Shown: one piece after another, positions 49,459-62,800 of the stretch
Numbering within the stretch: the first letter of the stretch is position 1
How the letters are laid out: every line of letters starts with the position of its first letter
NCBI GenBank assembly: GCA_963693365.1
Contig: CAVNZM010000004.1
Span: 13,762,524-13,826,523 of the forward strand
Direction of reading: 5' to 3'
DNA: 64,000 nt
Source: Amoebidium appalachense
Lineage: Eukaryota > Protista > Ichthyosporea
Notes under the pieces: model-generated
What the model was told of the DNA's origin: nothing
Seen by the model: only the letters and a program-made list of their open reading frames with translations
The model's database searches: none
Translations under genes and position numbers: made by a program

Positions 49459-50974
49459 TCACACACTCACACTCACACTCACACACATTCACAGACACCG
49501 ACGCCATGTGCAGAGGTCCCATCCACCCCTAAGGCTGGCCCAGGCTCTGTCCCCCCAGCCACGTCCATTAAATCTGAGCCTGCCCCTTCCCGTGATGACA
49601 CCAACCCAAGCCCAAAACCTGACACCTTACCTCCATCATCTGTTGCAACCCCCGATCACGCCCAGCCACTGCCACAAAGAACCCCATCGCAGCCAAAATC
49701 GAATGAACCTGAAACACAAAGTGGCAGTGGCACCAAGCGCAGCTCAACCCTGGAAACTTATTTCACACCTTCAAAGAAACAATGCAGAGAGGTAGATTTA
49801 TCCACATCCCTTCCCCCCACCCCCCACCCCGCCTTTCCCCGTTCCTCTCCACAACTTGCACGGGCGTGCGCATGTTCTATCATTAACACCATGTTCCTGT
49901 GCACCTGTTCTTCACTGTCCCACCATGGCACGTCCAGGTACGCTGCCGTGCGGCTCATGGGTTCATATCTGCTCTGGCACCCATATGCCCATACCAGCCT
50001 TAAGAGATCCACCCATATAACCCTTTTGTCTTTTCCCTTATGGCCTAGTCTACGTAGGGATACCCTTGGTTCTTGCACAAGCAACTTGGCTGGCTGTGTG
50101 CACGTAGGGTGTGGGCACTGCAAACGTGCCACTGTGCACCTGTGTGCGTCGTGTACGTGGATGGGCACGTGTCTGTTGGTGATTGTTTGTGCGTGCATGC
50201 ATGTGTGTTTATGTAACGAGCTTGTATAGTGTTAATACCAGCATGTTTGGGTACTCATTTAGCTGTATCTGGCACGTGTGTTTGTGTATGTGGCTATGTA
50301 GGGAGGCAAGATGGAAGGGGGGGGGGGGGGGGGGGGAGGTAATACTGAAGCTTTAACCTATTCTCAGGAGCCTGACCCGACAGACTGCCAGACATCCACA
50401 CGGCCATAAGAAAGACCCCAGACAACTCCACTCAAAACCCCGCTGCATGAAATTTCATCCACCAGAGTTCCTCCCCAACCTCGTGTGGAAGGAAATCCGG
50501 AACAGAAAACACCACCGAAAATACCCAAGCACCAAAATCACCCCCAGAGTATCGACTCGCAGAAGATGTTTGGCCCCGCCCCAAAATTTACGGACAGCAC
50601 CAGAAACCCGTCAAATCTTTTCACGAAGAAATCAAAGGCTGCAGAAATGACGTGCATATACAGACTATATGAGAGGTTACGCAAAGACAACAAATCTCTC
50701 CCCGGGTGTCTTCTGACCTCTCGTGTTGTTTTTTTCGTTGCGAGCTATATTTACCACAATACGGATCAACCGCTTGACTTGTTCAACGATCCCTTTTTTG
50801 ACATAAGAACCGGGCCTGTGCAAGAGAAGTTCAGACATCGGGAAAATGTACTTTTATATCAGTGGGAAGGCACTGACAATTTCCGATGATGATATCTTTC
50901 ACTATGTCAACCGCACACTTACAGAAATCGAAAAAATGCAAGATGCATTGCAAACCAATCGGATAGTATCGTGA
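48039..50974 (+). pseudogene. Disrupted paralog of the 38941-43697 gene (coiled coil + same C-terminal domain)
   Basis: Coiled-coil coding switches frame twice (~48145 and ~48370). There is an in-frame TAA at 50407-50409 and another apparent frameshift near 50850. RLYERLRKDNKSLPGCLLTSRVVFFVASY aligns with the paralog. Confidence 0.6.
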
Positions 50975-51443
50975 GTGCTTTTACATGGGCACGTGTTTTT
51001 TTACCCGCGCTGGCAGAGAACTATGTGTGGTGTGTGGGTGAGGGGAGATATGCAAAGCAGATCTTGAGGAATACAGGGCCCGGAGGTGCGCAGAAGTGGG
51101 TGAGGGAGAATGTGCCCGAGCCTGGTGTGGCGTAGATATACCATCATCGAGTTTGGTTTTTCCGCATGTGCATGTGTTCAAATTTCGAATTGTGGCGCTA
51201 AATCATTATGATTTACTTCTTACCGTTTGTACACGTGTGGGATTTTTGATTTAATGCACGCGTACAGATATTGGCTGGCTATACAACCCTCACTGACACA
51301 TCGTGCCGGTCCGATTGGCCATATATGGTGGTAACAGTGGATGTAGGCGTACTGGGTCAGAGTGTTGGTTGGGCACCATGTGGCCACCAATCAAAACGCA
51401 ATGCCAGTGCCCATATATGGCAGCACAGCCTCGGGTGCCCGGC

Positions 51444-52233
51444 TCAGTCCTCGGTGACCAGCACCTTAGGCACGTACAGCAGCAGATATGCCATGTGCCA
51501 ATCCCCTGCACACACACCGTCAGCTTCAAACACTGACACCCCCCCCCTCCCCCCCCCCCCCCTTCCCCTCTCCCGAAACCCCTTTGCCCCTCCATCCACA
51601 ACCACACAAGCAAACACACATTCGAGCGTGCGCACGCACGCATGCAAACGGGAGCAACTCCCACCAAACACACACATACACATACTCCAGCACCAGCCTG
51701 TGTGCGCACCAAAGACACACGCACACGCACACCCACTCACTCACCCACCCATCCACCCACAGATACACCCACACATACACACATCCTTCTCCGGACACTT
51801 CAAGACAGCCCTTCGACATGTTCCATTCTCAGGTTTTCTAAGTTAATCCAGGCGAGCTTGCCTCCCTCATACCCGCTCCCTTTCATCTCCGCACAAAGCG
51901 CAAACTCCCAGTTGGTGGATCAAAAAAAAAAAAAAAACCCTGCCCGTAAGATCATGTGATTTGTGGGGGAGCAAGGGGCTGGCTAATTCCTGAACTGACA
52001 GCACTGCCCAAGTTAAGAAATGCACATGGTGGGAAAAGAGGAACGGGGCATTCGACAAGCGGATATTTGCGGGTGTGTGCGTGCGTGGATATGCGTGCGC
52101 GTGTGTTGGAGAGAGGAGAAGGAGGGGGGGGGGGGGGGGGGGGGGGGGAGGGGGGACATACCACCACCGGAAAGCTTCAAGACCTCCTCCTCCGTCACGC
52201 CAGTCACCTTGTCGTCATCAAACTTCAGCCACT

Positions 52234-52323
<90 letters not shown>

Positions 52324-52600
52324 CGCGCGCGCAAGTGCGTAATGTGCAATTGTGTGTGTGTGCGTGTGTGCAGGTCGAGATTGTAGTGTTTGTATAATTT
52401 TCCTTTCTTTGCACAGCCCAAGCATAAAGGGTGGTTGGGAAGAAGCGGGGTGGCACAGAGGAAGCAACATTGTTCCAATAATACTGACCTTAGCGTGTCA
52501 CAGGGTCAAAGACTGCACTCATGTACGATGTTAATCCAAGAGCTACAAATGCCAGCTTCTCAACTCGAAACAAACAGCCATGCTGCACAGTCTTGCAACC

Positions 52601-52634
<34 letters not shown>

Positions 52635-53124
52635 CATCCCCAGTCCCCACACCACTATCTGAGTGCATGTGCATGTTCGTGTCTGGTCGTGGGTGAGAAG
52701 GTGCAAGCACGGGCAACTGGGAGCACGAATGCCCAGATATCAGGCTGTACACAACAGGGGTCGGCGCATGGCATGGGCACATGACACCTACCACCCTTGT
52801 CCCTGACCCATGCCACGTAGTGCCCCGAGTCCGCACTTCTGCCCTGGTGCGTCAGCACGGCCCCCAGCTCGTAGTAGCCACTGTTGTTGCTGCCCGGGTC
52901 TGTGCAAGCCACTCAGTGCCCTGATTCTCAGACCCCCCCCCCCCCTAGCCCCAAATTTCGGCCTCGCCAGCGGCTCGCACAGATGTTTGCGCAACCAGTA
53001 TGACGTCATCAGATGGTTTTTTTTTAGCTGCCGCTGGTGGCTAAAAAAATTATCTGATGACGTCATTTCGATCGCGCAAACATCGATCTGTGCGAGGCGC
53101 TGGCGGGGCGGAACTTTGGGGCTA

Positions 53125-53158
<34 letters not shown>

Positions 53159-53294
53159 AGAAAAAAAAAAAAAAAAAAAAAAAAAAAACTTCCCTGGGCG
53201 TTTGAAAAAAAGGCCTCCCACCCTCACCTGGATATCACCCTGCAGTTGCCCTGCCCGAATGCATTGGCTTGCTGTATTCTGTCCAGTGACGGTG

Positions 53295-53328
<34 letters not shown>

Positions 53329-53955
53329 GCGTGTTGGGGGGGGGGAGGGGGGGGGGGGGGGAGGGATTGCAGCTACGAGATAGAGACACACGGGAGTGGT
53401 GGTGAACCAAGCACAAGCACAGAATTGCGGCACCCATTGCAGCTACGAGATAGAGACACAAGGGAGCGGTGGTGAACCAAGCACAAGCACAGAATTGGCA
53501 CCCACCGTCAGCAAAGTCGTAGGGGTGGGTGGCCTTCTTGGTGTCCACATCCATGGCCCCGGCACCATCCTTGGACTTGAGGTCCGCTAGCTTGGCCTGC
53601 ATATGGGGTCAGTTGGTGGTGGGAACACACCGGGGGAATAATGTGGCTTGGTGGTGGGAACACACCGGGGGAATAATGTGGCTTGGTGGTGGGAACACAC
53701 CGGGGGAATAATGTGGCTTGGTGATGGGAACACACCGGGGGAATAATGTGGCTTGGTGGTGGGAACACACCGGGGGGAATAATGTGGCTTGGTGGTGGGA
53801 ACACACCGGGGGAATAATGTGGCTTGGTGGTGGGAACACACCGGGGGAATAATGTGGCTTGGTGGTGGGAACACAGTGCATGGGGGATAAATGTGAGCAC
53901 AGACATCAGCACATGATGGATTCGAACCACATCACATGCACAACAACAAGCAACC

Positions 53956-54009
<54 letters not shown>

Positions 54010-54121
54010 GAGGGGGGGCATCACGGAGAGGCAGACAGACAACAGCATGATAACATACACACAACGGGCACCCACGCGACCGGAAGCACGCGCACACGCA
54101 CTCGCATATAAGCGCGGGCGC

Positions 54122-54154
<33 letters not shown>

Positions 54155-57100
54155 CCCCCAACCCCCTCCCACACCCACCCACACCCACATGCACGCACGC
54201 ACACACCCACCCACCCACCCACCCACCCACCCACCCACACCCACACACCCGCTTGTCGACCTCCTTCTGTGCCTCCTCCTGAAACATCTTACGCATGGGC
54301 AGCAGCTTGGCCTTGAGCTCCTCCGAGCAGAACTCGTAGGCGTCAAAGTTGACGGGGAACTTGACGTTCTGTAAAATGTGTGTGTGATGTGATTAGTTGG
54401 GTGGCAAGGAAATGTACCGGTAGTCGAGATATGGTTTGCACATGTGTAGGTGAATTGTGTCTGCTCTGCCGTAGCCATGTTGTGTGTGTGTATGTGTGTG
54501 GTGTGTGTGCTTTTTTGCCCCTTCTATAACTTTAACCCTAAGGGGGGAGGGTGGGGGGGGGGGGGGGGGGGGGGGGGTTGGTTTTGGCCGAGAACGAGGA
54601 GCTTCAGATCATCTTGCACTTGTGACTTGTTTGTGGATTAGCGGGAAGGTGAGGGAAAACGCGGTCGGGAAAAGGAGCAATGATGAGGTTTGATAACCCG
54701 GTGACCAATAAGAAGCTCCGGTTATCGTGGGTGGTCTAATGACTTATGCCCTCATGGCCCATGGTGTGCAAAATTGCATTTCGTTGCATGGAAACAGCAC
54801 ACGGGGGCATCGTGCATGTCTGCTGGTGTGTGCCAGAGCACACAAGGCACACACAGTGAGCAGTGTCAGCTGTGCCAGCCAGCAGTGTTTCTTATATAGT
54901 AAACTTGCTCACTCCGTAAATTGTCTACGATCTAACTTCAGGCCAATTAAACAGAGGACAACCATTTTAGGGCCCAGCAACAGTGTGTGTGTGCATCGAT
55001 GTGGGTGTAGGGGTATGCACGTGCACTGTGGCCGACCAATCACGGGGCTGCACTCACCCTCAGCACCTTTGCCTTGACCTGTTCTTTTGCCTTCCAGAAG
55101 AACCGCACAAACTCCACCGTCAGATATGCAGGCAGCCGGCTGCAGACAAATCAACGTCAGAGGTAAAGTCGGCATCTGACCCCCCCCCCCCCCCCCCCCA
55201 AATAATAATAATAATAATAATAATAAAAATAATATTAACAATAATAATAATAATAAGAGAGAGAGAGAGAGAGGGTGGGACGGACGGAGAGAAAGAGAGA
55301 AGGGTAGGGGGAGAGAGAGGGAGGGGAGGGGGAGGAAGGGAGGGAGAGAGGAGGACGGTAAGAAAAAGAGAACAAAGATTGTGCCAGAGCAAAAAAAGAA
55401 AGAAAGTAAAGAGACAGTTCCACGCAGAAAGACATACATGCACACGTTCACATTTGTGTGCGTGTGTGTGCGTGTGTGTGCGTGCGTGTGTGTGTGTGTG
55501 TGTGCGCGCGCGCATGTTTATACTTTAATATAGATTGAGGGAGAGAGAATAATAGACCGGACGAAAGAAAACAATCGCATGACATATAAATGCACAGGAA
55601 GAGAAGAACTTAAGAATGTGTGCCAACCTGACAGCGTGAGGGAAAGGCGGTGGTGGTGGCGGTGGTGGTCGTATGTGTATCGCGTGTGTGCGTGTGCGAG
55701 CGCATGTGTGCGTGCGTGCGGGTAAAAGAGGGGGGGGGGGGGGGGGGGGGGGGATACACACTCGAGCTTTGAGATTTTGTTATAGACAGCATTCCGGTCA
55801 AGGCTGGGGCTATGCTTTTCCAAGGTGCCCTCCAGGCCCTGCACCAATCAGATTCAGTTGCTTGCCTGCGCTCCTCCAATCAAATTCAGTTGCACCTCTA
55901 TGCTTCTCCAATCAAATTCAGTTGCGCGTCTATGCTTCTCGAATCAAATTCAGTTGCGCGTCTATGCTTCTCGAATCAAATTCAGTTGCACGTCTATGCT
56001 TCTCCAATCAAATTCAGTTGCGCGTCTATGCTCCTCCAGTCAGATTCAGTTGCGTGTCTATGCTCCTCCATTCAGATTCAGTTGCCTGCGTGTGCTCCTC
56101 CAATCAAATTCAGTTGCTTGGCCATGGAACCGTCTGCTCCACCCATCAAACCTGATCACATGTGTCTACAAGGAAATTCTTCCTCCCTTGTTTATGTGCT
56201 TGTTGTTTATCTGTGCTACCCCTGAATGTGACATGCAACCCGATTTCACTTAAACAAGGGGGGCCCACAGCAAAGCATGGTGAATACACGCACACAGCTA
56301 CCCACACACTCTATTAGCCCACACATTCAAACATTCGAATGTACATCATATAATACGCCCACCCCTAAAACATCTCATCTGAACTGTCTGGTACACCTAG
56401 TGGGGGGGACTGCCTACCTCTTTGATGCCCTGGGCCATAAAGTTGGTTTCTGTAAAACAGTCGGCAGTTAGAAAAACACAGCCAGTAGGAAGATCAGAAA
56501 GTCCCCTTCCCTCCCATCCCCATTTCTATCCTCTCCCCGCCCCTCTCCCTTCAACTTCTATGTGAGGTATGTCGTGGGCAAACATCGAATCATCTCTTGT
56601 TCAGCATTATTATTGTGTGCAGATGTGTGTGTACGCCTATCTCTATGGGCAGGTGTGCATGCCTCTGCATCAGGGTGAGGAGATTAGAATGTAGTAATAT
56701 CTGCTTCCTTCTACTGAATGGGTGGAGTACAAGAAGCCCGCAAAAACATCCCCCCCCCCCCCCTCCAGTCATGCGCTCCCCATCCCCCCCCCCCCCCCCC
56801 CCCAAAAAAAAAAAAAAAAAAAAAAAAAGCCAACACACTACCGCTCCCTGACCCTGCACCCTTCCGCCCCATCCCTCCCTGAGAGCCAGGTCTTGCAGTT
56901 CGACATTTCAGTTCCATAGATCCCCCCATTTTCATAGTGGTGGGGGGACCCTACGGAGTGAAATGTTGCACTGCAAGACCTGGCTCTCAGACCGCTCGGT
57001 GGTCTCAGGCTCGCTGGCTGCTCCTGGATCCGTGCACTTGAGTCTGTAGGGCATCAATAGAATGGTCAGGCCCAGACATATACCAAAATCACCTACCGTG

Positions 57101-58421
57101 CATTCACAAATCCTTCGCTAAACCATAACCCGCTGGCGGGTACCTTGTGAGAGGAACAACGCCCTGCATCTGATATCATACATATAGCTAGTACACGAAC
57201 ACACCAAACCCAGAGACTTCCAAACATGCCCAAGGATTCTTATTTTCGAGGAAAGTTTTTTTTTTTTTTTTTTTTTTTTTTGGTGTGCGGGGGAGGGGGG
57301 GTTGGCGGCTGTTGGTGTGTGTGTTGTGTTTTTAGTGGGCGCGGGGGGAAGAGGGGGGGGGGGGGGGTTTGAATGCGTCAAAAAGTACGAAGTACACAAA
57401 CACAAACGGATAACACGATGCAGAATGGAAGCCATACATAAAGAGTATGCATAATAAGCAGAGCCCATCCTCAGGGAGGGCCCACGTCATCCACAGTACC
57501 CGAGTTTCGACCTATTCCCCTCGTTAACGAAACCCAACTCAGATACTGTTTCACTTAAACATGGGTAGGTCACCCGTCTTGATCAGAGACGAGCAGGGTT
57601 GCTTATGCAGGCAAGGGCAGTGGGAAAGGCCGGGGGTTAAAGTTGCAGCAGTAAGCAGAAGCAAGAAAAATATAGATAGGAACTCAGGAGACGGGGCTTC
57701 TAGGAAGCTCCCCCGTCGATACCTAAGTCGATACTTCCCTGGCTAACATACTACACCAGCTGAAAAGAATTAAGTCCCGAAGGCCGCAGAATTCGCAACC
57801 AGAGGGGGAAATATGAGATTTGACCCACGCCGCAGGGTAGTAATACGCCTACTAGGGCGGAACTTTATCGTCTTCGAACGGAAAGCTATGCCCCCGGATG
57901 TCAGCCGGAAATATGGTACCACCCATTGCTTTGGGCTTGAAAAAAGCCAAACCGATAGTCCGAGTTATGTTACGCCGGGGGGTAACATGCCGCATGGGTT
58001 CCAAAGGAGCTGTCGCCAACAGAGCGGTGTGTGCATGCGTGCGCGTAACGCAATGTGTGAAGTGTGTCTATAGCTATGAAAGGGGGTATGAAGAGGGGGG
58101 GGGGGTTGATACTTTGAAGCCAGCTCGTAGGTGAAGTACTGCTTGACGAAGGACTTACTGCCTGCAGCCCCCTCTGTGCTCTGCCCCCACACCCCCAGTC
58201 AGCACAGGCACGTGGCACACAGGCACACAGGCACATGGCAGCCGAGAGGGCCACCTGTGGTGCATGCCTACAACACTGCATGCTCCTGTGTGTGTGCCCG
58301 TGTCTAAGCATGATATACAGCCAATGTGTTTAGTAAGTGGCCCAGTGTCTGCACGTGACTTTGGCGTAGAGGGTCAATGGGTCTCCTTAGGGACCCCTTG
58401 TGTATGTGCTCGTGCGCGCGC

Positions 58422-58459
<38 letters not shown>

Positions 58460-58469
58460 TGGTGGTGGT

Positions 58470-58505
<36 letters not shown>

Positions 58506-59774
58506 ATACCACGCCGGGCAGTTTGTTGTCGAGGCATTTGACTATTTGCTGCCAACACTCGGACGAGTCCTGCACACAGTTGGGTCAGAGGGGCAGGGGC
58601 ATGTGGGTGAATTATGAGGGTGTGTTTTATGTGGGTGTGCTCATGTGACTGTGTTTATGTGGGTGTGTTTACGTGGGTGTGTTCATGTGGGTGTATATAT
58701 GTGGGTGTGGGCGAGTTTATGTGGTTTTATGTGTGTGTGTTTATGCAGGTGTGTTCATGTGGGTGTGTTTATGTGGGTGCACAGCTGGGTGTCAAGACAT
58801 ACGGGACACTAAGCCCAGGAGAGGCATGGCCACAGGAAGGCCAAAGCAGGCTGCACATGCAACCGCCTGCACACGTACATGATGCAAGTCCAGGAAGAAT
58901 TGTAGGCACATACACAGCAACAAACAGGCAATGTCTAACCCACACAGCAACAGGCAGGCAGTGTTTAACCCACACAGCAACAAACAGGCAATGTCTAACC
59001 CACACAGCAACAGGCAGGCAGTGTCTAACCCACACAGCAACAGGCAGGCAGTGTCTAACCCACACAGCAACAGGCAGGCAGTGTCTAACCCACACAGCAA
59101 CAGGCAGGCAGTGTCTAACCCACACAGCAACAGGCAGGCAGTGTCTAACCCACACAGCAACAGGCAGGCAGTGTCTAACCCACACAGCAACAGGCAGGCA
59201 GTGTCTAACCCACACGGCAACAGGCAGGCAGTGTCTAACCCACACGGCAACAGGCAGGCAGTGTCTAACCCACACGGCAACAGGCAGGCAGTATCTAACC
59301 CACACGGCAACAGGCAGGCAGTGTCTAACCCACACGGCAACAGGCAGGCAGTGTCTAACCCACACGGCAACAGGCAGGCAGTGTTTTAGCCCACACGGCA
59401 ACAGGCAGGCAGTGTTTAACCCACACGGCAACAGGCAGGCAGTGTTTAACCCACACGGCAACAGGCAGGCAGTGTTTAACCCACACGGCAACAGGCAGGC
59501 AGCGTTTAACCCACACGGCAACAGGCAGGCAGTGTTTGACCCACACGGCAACAGGCAGGCAGTGTTTAACCCACCTGCTGCATGAACATGCCGCCCTCTC
59601 CCCTCTCTGCAAATTGTGGGAATGCTTTCCTCAATTCCTGCAGCCACACATGTCAGTACTGAGACCAGATTGTCATCAAGCCCTGCATCATTGACCCGTT
59701 CATAGGCCCCCATTTTTAACCCTTAGAGGCACACGGACGGATTTTTGGTTTGGAGATGGAGGGGTCTCAGGGTG

Positions 59775-59808
<34 letters not shown>

Positions 59809-62800
59809 TGTGTTGGAAGTGGGGGGGGGGGGGGGGCTGAAGAACAAAAAAACAGGGCCATGTTAGGACACTATTTGTTGACTATCGCAGGGGGATGCAT
59901 ACGTCGAGAAAGAGGATGGGAGCAATTGCTGTCTGCGACTTGTCGAGGGCCCCGTAGACCTGCTTGAGCTGCAGCGTGATGTTGTTGCTGGGGTCAAGCC
60001 CCACCTGCGCATTGTATCTGGGGGGGGGGGGGGGGGGGAGGTGGGGGAGACGGGACTGAGTTTAGATGTGTGGGCATAGCGGTTAATGCTGTGTTGGGTG
60101 TGGATCAAGATAATGTCATGAATACCCTCACGTGTGTGGTGTGTATGTGTGTATGTGCATATGTGTGCATGTGTGCATGTGAGAGTGTCTGTACGTGCCT
60201 CTCCCTCTGCGCCTCCCACTCGATTATCAACTGCCCACCCACCCTCCCAACCTCCCTCCCTCACTTCCCTCTGCGTCTCTTATGTTAGTGTGTGTGCGCA
60301 CGCGCACCATTCTCTCTCTCTGTCTCTCTTTCTCCCTGACGCCACCTTTGTGTGGGTGTGGGTGTGGGTGTGGGTGTGAATGTTGTGTGTGTGTGTGTGT
60401 GTGTGTGTGTACGTGTACGATTGTGTGGGTCTAGGTGTGGGTGCAGGTGTGATTGTGGTGTGTGTGTGTGTGTGTGTACGTGTGCTCACACACGCCTCCA
60501 TGTGGGGGTGGGTGTGTGTCTGCCTGGGTGTGTGCGTGCAAACAAGCCTGTAGATCTATGGAAGTAGAGTTCAGACATGTTCACGTGAGGGCACAAAACT
60601 GCGGACGGGCGTATTTGCAACAAAATGGCGATGGGTAGGACATTCTAATCGCTGCATTAACGTGTGCATGCTTAGAAGCTTGTTGGGGTGACTCATGTGC
60701 TGCGATTTCTTTGGGGAAGGGGGGAGGGGGGGGGGGGGGGAGGGTTGGCGGTGTGTGTGGTGGTGTATAAAGGCTGACGTATACAAGCACTGTGTGTGTG
60801 TGTGTGGGGAGGGGGGGAGAGAGAGTGGGGGGGGTGGTTGTGGGCCGGGCGGGGAGGGGGGTGGGGGGTGGAGGATGGGGTGGTTGGGGGGGGGGGGGGG
60901 GGGGGGGGGGGGATGGGGTGGTTGGGGGGGGGGGGGGGGGGGGGGGGATGGGGTGGTTGAGGTGGGTGGTTGAAGGGGCGGGGGGGATGGGGTGGTTGAG
61001 GGGGGAGGGGAGGGGGGGGGGGGGGGGATGGGGGGATGGGGTGGTTAAGGAGGGGGACGGGGACGGGGGGGGGGGGGGGGGGGGAGGGGGGGGATGGGGT
61101 GGTTGAGGGGGATGGTTGAAGGGGCAGGGGGAATGGGGTGGTTGAAGGGGGGGGGGGGGGGGGGGGGGGGGGAGATGGGGTGGTTAAGGAGGGAGGGGGG
61201 AGGGGCAGGGATGGGGTGGTTGAGAAGGGACAGGGGGGGGGGGGGGGGGGGGGGTGGTTGAGCATATAAGCGGGAAAGTTAGGAAACGGTGGGTGGGCCT
61301 AGGGGTGGCCGTGCAGGTGTGGTGGGTTTATGGTCTTGGTAGTGGGGGTGGTTGGAGGAGGGGGGGAGGGGGGCTGAAGGTTGGTGATACTTTTCAAGGG
61401 CATGCTTGAGCTCGGGCACCTTGCCCAGACACTGCAGGGTGGCATTGAGGTAGCACGTGTTGCCCAGATTGCGCAGCCCTGGTGGAAACTGTCCCAGTCT
61501 CAGTGCCCTTGCAACCGTGGCAGGCCTTTCCTTGCTTTCGACCCCCTCTCCCCCCCCCCCCCCCCCCCCCCCCTTTTTCTTCTTGTGTCTCGAATCCTCT
61601 CGCCCACTCTCTCACTCTCCCTGCCCCAAATTCCCTCCCTCATCCTTCTTCAACCCTTACCTCACTTCCACCCTCATCAACACCAACTTAATAAACTCTT
61701 CCAGGCTGGCCCAAAATTCCCTCGGTACACCTTTGAAATGCTACACCACACGACCCCCTTCTCCCCCCCCCCCCCTCCCCCTGGCCCACCCACCCCCCTC
61801 TCTCACCCCCTACCCATCCACAACACTGCCCCTCCGTCTCCCCCCTTTACTCCCTTTGCCTCCACCTGGCTCCTGCCCACTCTCCTTCCACTTCACACTT
61901 GTCTCCGCCCATCCGCTACAACACAAAATCTGTCATTCATCCCACCCGGTGCCTATCTATCCCCTCTTCCCCAAACACAAACGCATAAAAAAGCGATACA
62001 CACACACACACACACAAGCACTTACCCCGGTAGGCACCTCATTCTCTGCCATGTCCTCCACAAACTTTGTGCGCTGCTGGGGTGGGGCCACCACTGCATC
62101 GGCACCCACCGTGCCCATCATCATCCACGTTTGGCCCTGCACACATCCAGAGAGAAGGAATATCAAGATTTCACACAAGCGGGTCGACAACCAACAAAAA
62201 AAGGGGGAAATGAACCTTTCATATGTTTGGGTTTTACCCGGACTAAAATTTGCCACCAAACGTGTACTGAAAACGATGCTCTCAAAGATAGGATATAGAC
62301 ACAACCAAAGGAAGACCCACCTCCTGGACCTTGATCTTGTCCCAGTCATCATCATCCTGCAACCCACTCACATATCAGCATCACATTACTGGAATTTACA
62401 GTTGTAAGAGAGTGGCGGCCTAAGTGGCCGCTCATGTTCATGTGGAACAATAGCAGGCTTGGCGTTTGCAAAAGCCACATGAGCGCGCACACACATACAC
62501 ACCGTACACACATGTGCACATACACGCCCAACAGCCTTGCAAGGTATGCCTGTGGCCACACCCCCATTCTGACTCAGGTATACAAATGGAGCTCACGTCT
62601 TTCTCTGCTTACCAACAGCATCAATGTTTCCCCCTTTTCACTGTACCCACACCGCACGAACAACTACCCCATCCACTGCCCACTTCGAGTTCATCTCACT
62701 GGGCACCTAAAAGACGCAGGAAGGCAAATACCAGAGAGAGAAAGGGAGGGAGGGAGCATCAGGAGAGGGAGAGTGAGACAGAGGGAGAGAGGAAGAAGGG

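Noticed and set aside
58614-59713. 323-aa and 314-aa repeat ORFs (HTATGRQCLT)n
   Set aside because: Stop-free translation of a 30-bp minisatellite within a USP14 intron.
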